Of a DNA stretch of 64,000 nucleotides, positions 59,930 through 64,000 are shown piece by piece. The DNA is taken from assembly GCA_963845565.1 (NCBI GenBank), contig CAWJSJ010000004.1, forward strand, positions 47,905-111,904, read 5' to 3'. Positions within the stretch are counted from its first letter, which is position 1, and each line of letters opens with the position of its first letter. A program made the translations under genes and the position numbers. The DNA comes from an uncultured Methylomirabilota bacterium. GTDB taxonomy: Bacteria > Methylomirabilota > Methylomirabilia > Methylomirabilales > 2-02-FULL-66-22. The notes beneath the pieces are model-generated. The model did not search any database. It was not told where the DNA came from and saw only the letters and a program-made list of their open reading frames with translations.

Positions 59930-61015
59930 ATGAATGGCATGAGCGACCCATCGAGAGATCTAACCCGCACCATGCTCCAGGCGGCGTTCGTCGGCGCGCT
60001 GGTCGCCGGAACCTTCTGGATCCTGTACCCGTTCCTGCTGCCAGCCATCTGGGCCGTGACCATCGTGGTGGCGACGTGGCCGGTGATGCTGTTCGTGCAG
60101 TCGCGACTCTGGGGCAAGCGGGGCTTGGCCGTGACGGTCATGACGCTGGCGTTGCTCCTGATGCTCCTCGTTCCGCTGGCTCTCGGGATCATCACGATTG
60201 CGCAAAACGCCGACCGGATCGTCGGGTGGGTCAAGTCTCTGATGACCTTCAGGGTTCCGCCGCCGCCGGAATGGCTCGGGGGAGTTCCGATTGTCGGACC
60301 GAGGGTGGCGGCGCAATGGGAACAACTGATCGCCGTCGGCCCGGGGGCGATTTCCGAACAACTGGCGCCCTATGTCAGCACCGTCGCCGGTTGGTCCGCC
60401 GCCCGGGTCGGGGGCGTGGGTGTGATGCTGGTGCAGTTCCTTCTGACGGTCGTGATCGCGGCGATCCTCTATGGCCATGGGGAAACCGCCGCCGCAACCG
60501 TGTGCCGACTGGCGCGCCGGTTGGGCGGTGTCCGCGGCGAGGGCGTGGTCGAGCTGTCCGCCCAGGCCGTGCGCGCCGTCGCTCTCGCCGTCGTCGTCAC
60601 CGCGATCGTGCAATCGGCCCTGGGCGGAGTCGGTCTGGTTATCGCCGGCGTGCCCTTCGCGCCCATCTTGACGGCGGTGATGCTGCTGGGCGCGGTCGCG
60701 CAGGTCGGCGTTGGCCCCGTGCTCATCCCGGCGGTGGGGTGGCTCTACTGGAGGGGCGATTCCGGTTGGGGCACCTTCCTGCTGGTATGGGCGGTCGTCG
60801 TCCTGAGTCTCGACAATTTCCTTCGGCCGGTACTCATCCGCAAGAGTGCCGACCTCCCGCTGTTGCTGATCTTCACGGGTGTGATCGGCGGCCTGATCGG
60901 TTTTGGAATCATCGGGCTGTTCGTCGGGCCGCCGGTGCTCGCCGTCGCCTACACCCTGGCCAAGGCGTGGCTGGGGGACGGAGAGCGCGACGGCGTGCCG
61001 CCGCCGCTGTCCTGA
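59930..61015 (+). CDS. AI-2E family transporter (PerM/UPF0118)
   Basis: 361 aa with eight TM helices. DNFLRPVLI is the family motif. Confidence 0.85.
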   Translation: MNGMSDPSRDLTRTMLQAAFVGALVAGTFWILYPFLLPAIWAVTIVVATWPVMLFVQSRLWGKRGLAVTVMTLALLLMLLVPLALGIITIAQNADRIVGWVKSLMTFRVPPPPEWLGGVPIVGPRVAAQWEQLIAVGPGAISEQLAPYVSTVAGWSAARVGGVGVMLVQFLLTVVIAAILYGHGETAAATVCRLARRLGGVRGEGVVELSAQAVRAVALAVVVTAIVQSALGGVGLVIAGVPFAPILTAVMLLGAVAQVGVGPVLIPAVGWLYWRGDSGWGTFLLVWAVVVLSLDNFLRPVLIRKSADLPLLLIFTGVIGGLIGFGIIGLFVGPPVLAVAYTLAKAWLGDGERDGVPPPLS

Positions 61016-61033
61016 CGCGCAGCCGGACGTGTT

Positions 61034-63724
61034 ATGGACGTCATCAGCACGCATATCCATGCCGACTTCGACGCCCTGGCCTCGATGGTGGCGGCGGCGA
61101 AGCTGTACCCCAAGGCACGCCTGCTGTTCCCGGGCTCTCAGGAGCAAAACGTCCGGGAATTCCTCCAGGACACGCGATTCCCGCTGGCGACGGAGCGGTT
61201 GAAGGGGTTTCCCATTGCGTCGATCGCGCGCTTGATCCTGGTGGACGTCAAGCGGGGGACTCGGGTCGGCCCGCTCCGGGAGATCCTGGGGCGGCCGGGG
61301 CTGGACGTGCACATCTACGACCACCATCCGGCCCACCCCAAGGATATCGCCGGGAGCCTGGAAGTCTTGCGTGAGGTGGGGGCCACCACGACGATCCTGC
61401 TCGGCCTCTTGCGGGATCAGGAGGCGGCCATCACGCCGCAGGAGGCCACGCTCTTCGCCCTGGGGATTTACGAGGAGACGGGATTCCTCACCTTCACCAA
61501 CACGACCGAGGCCGACTTTCACGCGGCGGCGTATTGTCTGTCGCATGGGGCCAACCTGTCGCTGGTGGCGGACTTCATTCGGCGAGAGCTCACGGCGGTG
61601 CAGGTGGGGCTGCTGAACGAACTGATCCGCTCGGCGGAGACCCACACCGTCAACGGCGTCCGTGTCGTCATCGGCACCGCCTCGTCGGATCGGTACGTGG
61701 GCGATCTGGCGATGTTGACCCACAAGCTTCGCGACATGGAGAACATCAACGTCCTGTTCACCCTGGTGCGGATGGACAATCGGGTGCACCTGGTGGCACG
61801 CAGCCGGCTGGAGGTGGTGGACGTCAGCCGGATCGTGGAGCCCTTCGGAGGCGGCGGCCACGCCACGGCGGCTTCGGCCACCATCAAGGACCTGACGCTC
61901 TTTCAGGCCAAGGAACGCTTGCTGGGCCTGCTGCGCGAGTCCATTCGACCGCTCACGCGGGCGCGGGACATCATGACGGCCCCCGTGAAGGCCATCCCGG
62001 AGCGGTTTACGATCCGGGGCGCCGCGGAGATCATGAACCGGTTCAACTTGGCGCACCTGCCGGTGATCCGGCGGGGCGACATGATCGGGTTGATCACCCG
62101 CGAGGTGGTGGACAAGGCGATCTTTCACGGTCTCGGCGACGCGGCGGTCCACGAGTATATGACCGGGGAGTTTGCCCGGGTGACCCCCGAGGCGCCTCTC
62201 TCCGAGGTGCAGCGGCTGATGGTGGAACGGAGCCTGGGTTTCGTGCCGGTGATGCAGGGGCAGCGGCTGCACGGGGCGGTGACGCGGGCGGACGTGCTCC
62301 GCCATGCGTACGAGGATCTGCTCACCCGTCCGACGTTCTCGACCTCGGAGGACCGGGAGCCCGCCGGGCCGACCGTCCGTACCGTCGCCAACCTCCTCGC
62401 CAACCACCTGCCGGGACGCGTGCAGGCGCTCTTGCGGTCGGCCGGCGCGGTGGCGGACGAGATCGGCACCCGGATCTACACCGTCGGCGGGTTCGTTCGG
62501 GATCTCTTGCTGCGGCATGAGAACCTGGATGTGGACCTGGTGGTCGAGGGCGACGGGATCGCGTTCGGGGAGCGACTCGGGCTGCGGCTGAACGCCAAGG
62601 TGACGAGCCACCCGAAGTTCGGCACGGCGGTGCTCATCCTTCCCGACGGATTCCGAGTGGACGTGGCCACGGCTCGCACGGAATATTACGAGTATCCGGC
62701 GGCGCTGCCCACGGTCGAACACAGCTCCATCAAGATGGACCTGTACCGTCGAGACTTCACCGTCAACGCGCTGGCGGTGTGCCTGAACGGCGCCCGGTAC
62801 GGGGAGCTGTTGGATTTCTTCGGCGGCCAGCAGGACCTGCGGGACAAGACGCTGCGGATCATTCACAACCTGAGCTTTGTCGAGGATCCGACGCGCATCC
62901 TCCGTGCAGCCCGCTTCGAGATGCGCTTCGGGCTGCATCTGAGCCGGCATGCGGAGCAGCTCAGCGTCAACGCGGTGCAGATGGGGCTTCTCGACAAGGT
63001 GGCCGGCCCACGGGTCTTCACCGAACTGCAATCGATCCTGCGCGAGCCCCGACCCTGGGCGATCCTGCGGCGGGTGGAGGCGTTGGGCGCGCTGGCGGCC
63101 ATCCACCCACGGCTCGTGCTGGGGCGGGCGACGGAGCAGCGCTGCCAGCGCGTCGGAGAGGTCCTCACCTGGTACACCCTGCTGTATCTTCAGGTCCAGC
63201 CCGCACCCTGGCTGGTGTATTTCCTGGTGTTGCTGGAGGAGCGGCCCGGCACCGAGGCCCGGGCGATCCTGCGGCGGTTGGGCCCGCCTGCGAAGATTGC
63301 GAATGTGGTGGCGCGGGACTTGGCCCGGCTGCGGTCGCTGGCGCGGAGTCTCCAGCGCACGCGCGAGGTCGCGCCGAGTCGCATGTATCGATGGTTGGCA
63401 GAGGTCTCGGTGGAGGTGGTCCTGGCTCTCATGGCGGTGGTCGGCCGCCCGGAACTCCGCAAGGCCATCGGTGATTTCCTGGGAGCCAGCGGCCGCGTGC
63501 GGCCCTTGCTCCGGGGCGACGATCTGCGGGCGCTGGGTATCCAGCCGGGGCCGGTGTATCGGGACATCCTGAACTCGCTGCTGTATGCACGGCTGGACGG
63601 GCACGTGCAGAGCCGTGACGATGAATTGCGGTTCGTGCGTCGCCGGTTCGCCCGGGCGTTTCCCGCGGAGATGACCGGTCCGGCGAAAGCGCCGCGCACC
63701 CGATCCGCCCGACCTGGCGACTGA
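61034..63724 (+). CDS. multidomain tRNA nucleotidyltransferase/poly(A) polymerase family protein (DHH-DHHA1 - CBS pair - PolA head - HD-like tail)
   Basis: DHH N-terminus (HIHADFDALAS, DHH, GGGH), two CBS repeats, then GGFVRDLLL...DVDLVV...RDFTVNALA (nucleotidyltransferase signature). Confidence 0.85.
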   Translation: MDVISTHIHADFDALASMVAAAKLYPKARLLFPGSQEQNVREFLQDTRFPLATERLKGFPIASIARLILVDVKRGTRVGPLREILGRPGLDVHIYDHHPAHPKDIAGSLEVLREVGATTTILLGLLRDQEAAITPQEATLFALGIYEETGFLTFTNTTEADFHAAAYCLSHGANLSLVADFIRRELTAVQVGLLNELIRSAETHTVNGVRVVIGTASSDRYVGDLAMLTHKLRDMENINVLFTLVRMDNRVHLVARSRLEVVDVSRIVEPFGGGGHATAASATIKDLTLFQAKERLLGLLRESIRPLTRARDIMTAPVKAIPERFTIRGAAEIMNRFNLAHLPVIRRGDMIGLITREVVDKAIFHGLGDAAVHEYMTGEFARVTPEAPLSEVQRLMVERSLGFVPVMQGQRLHGAVTRADVLRHAYEDLLTRPTFSTSEDREPAGPTVRTVANLLANHLPGRVQALLRSAGAVADEIGTRIYTVGGFVRDLLLRHENLDVDLVVEGDGIAFGERLGLRLNAKVTSHPKFGTAVLILPDGFRVDVATARTEYYEYPAALPTVEHSSIKMDLYRRDFTVNALAVCLNGARYGELLDFFGGQQDLRDKTLRIIHNLSFVEDPTRILRAARFEMRFGLHLSRHAEQLSVNAVQMGLLDKVAGPRVFTELQSILREPRPWAILRRVEALGALAAIHPRLVLGRATEQRCQRVGEVLTWYTLLYLQVQPAPWLVYFLVLLEERPGTEARAILRRLGPPAKIANVVARDLARLRSLARSLQRTREVAPSRMYRWLAEVSVEVVLALMAVVGRPELRKAIGDFLGASGRVRPLLRGDDLRALGIQPGPVYRDILNSLLYARLDGHVQSRDDELRFVRRRFARAFPAEMTGPAKAPRTRSARPGD

Positions 63725-64000
63725 ATCCGAGGAGCCCGATGAGCCAGCAGCCCAGACTCCCCATAAGGCTGGGCTGTTTCTCCTCCTCGTCGGGTACGGT
63801 CTGGTGGGAGTGTACACGCTCCGGCGCCGGCGTGGCAGGCCGTCGTGGTCGGCGTGAACTCCGGCCACCCGAAAAGCCCTTAACTTCTCGTATCTTCTGA
63901 GCCGGAGCCGAGTCTCCAATTGACAAAACTGGGGGGATCGGGTACGGTTCTCCATTCATCCGAATGGCAAGAAGGGAGCCTATGTTCGACCTCTCCGGCA

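Noticed and set aside
59960-63955. 1331-aa ORF on the minus strand, the longest in the track
   Set aside because: It is exactly antisense to the well-supported AI-2E transporter and DHH-CBS-CCA genes. The translation is Arg/Pro/Gly/His-rich low-complexity sequence with no motifs. It is a typical shadow ORF of high-GC DNA.
63725-63959. Minus-strand ORF with a PEP-CTERM-like stretch (VPDEEEKQPSLMGSLGCWLIGLLGFSRQ)
   Set aside because: No stop follows the hydrophobic segment. The frame runs on antisense into the CCA-enzyme gene. There is no signal peptide and no plausible mature domain.

Overview
High-GC (roughly two-thirds G+C by eye) bacterial chromosomal window, probably from an uncultivated soil or sediment lineage. 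I recognised no rRNA, tRNA or CRISPR. About 60 protein genes are supportable. Housekeeping genes include moaA, pfkA, type-B sdhCAB, a UbiD decarboxylase, a DHH-CBS-CCA nucleotidyltransferase, MscS and AI-2E transporters. There is a GntR-controlled TctCBA tripartite tricarboxylate transporter operon with two dehydrogenases. There is also an Opp/Dpp-type ABC transporter cluster with hydantoin racemase, an amidohydrolase and a PuuE-like deacetylase. Many very long ORFs in the supplied track are antisense shadows typical of high-GC DNA.

The accessory content is more interesting:
1. Two genes have an in-frame TGA at a catalytic-Cys position, each followed by a SECIS-like hairpin. One is a rhodanese (4402..4728). 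The other is a MerB-like organomercurial lyase (41860..42519).
2. At 40.4-43.6 kb there is a degenerate integron-like structure: a decayed tyrosine-recombinase remnant followed by three promoterless cassettes. The cassette boundaries show the R''/R' complementarity expected of attC sites. One cassette carries the TGA-containing MerB-like gene.
3. A 125-166 bp nested-palindrome repeat family has five copies, each abutting gene ends in the ABC/hydantoin cluster.
4. An AT-rich hairpin element has three copies and shows one compensatory base-pair change.
5. A 5'-truncated, frameshifted group II intron retains an intact domain V.
6. Several rearrangement scars and frameshifts are present: a PuuE-like gene, MscS, a cytochrome c, a truncated DegT, a YciI fragment and a Y1-transposase remnant.

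All family assignments are by eye from the translations, and no database search was run.
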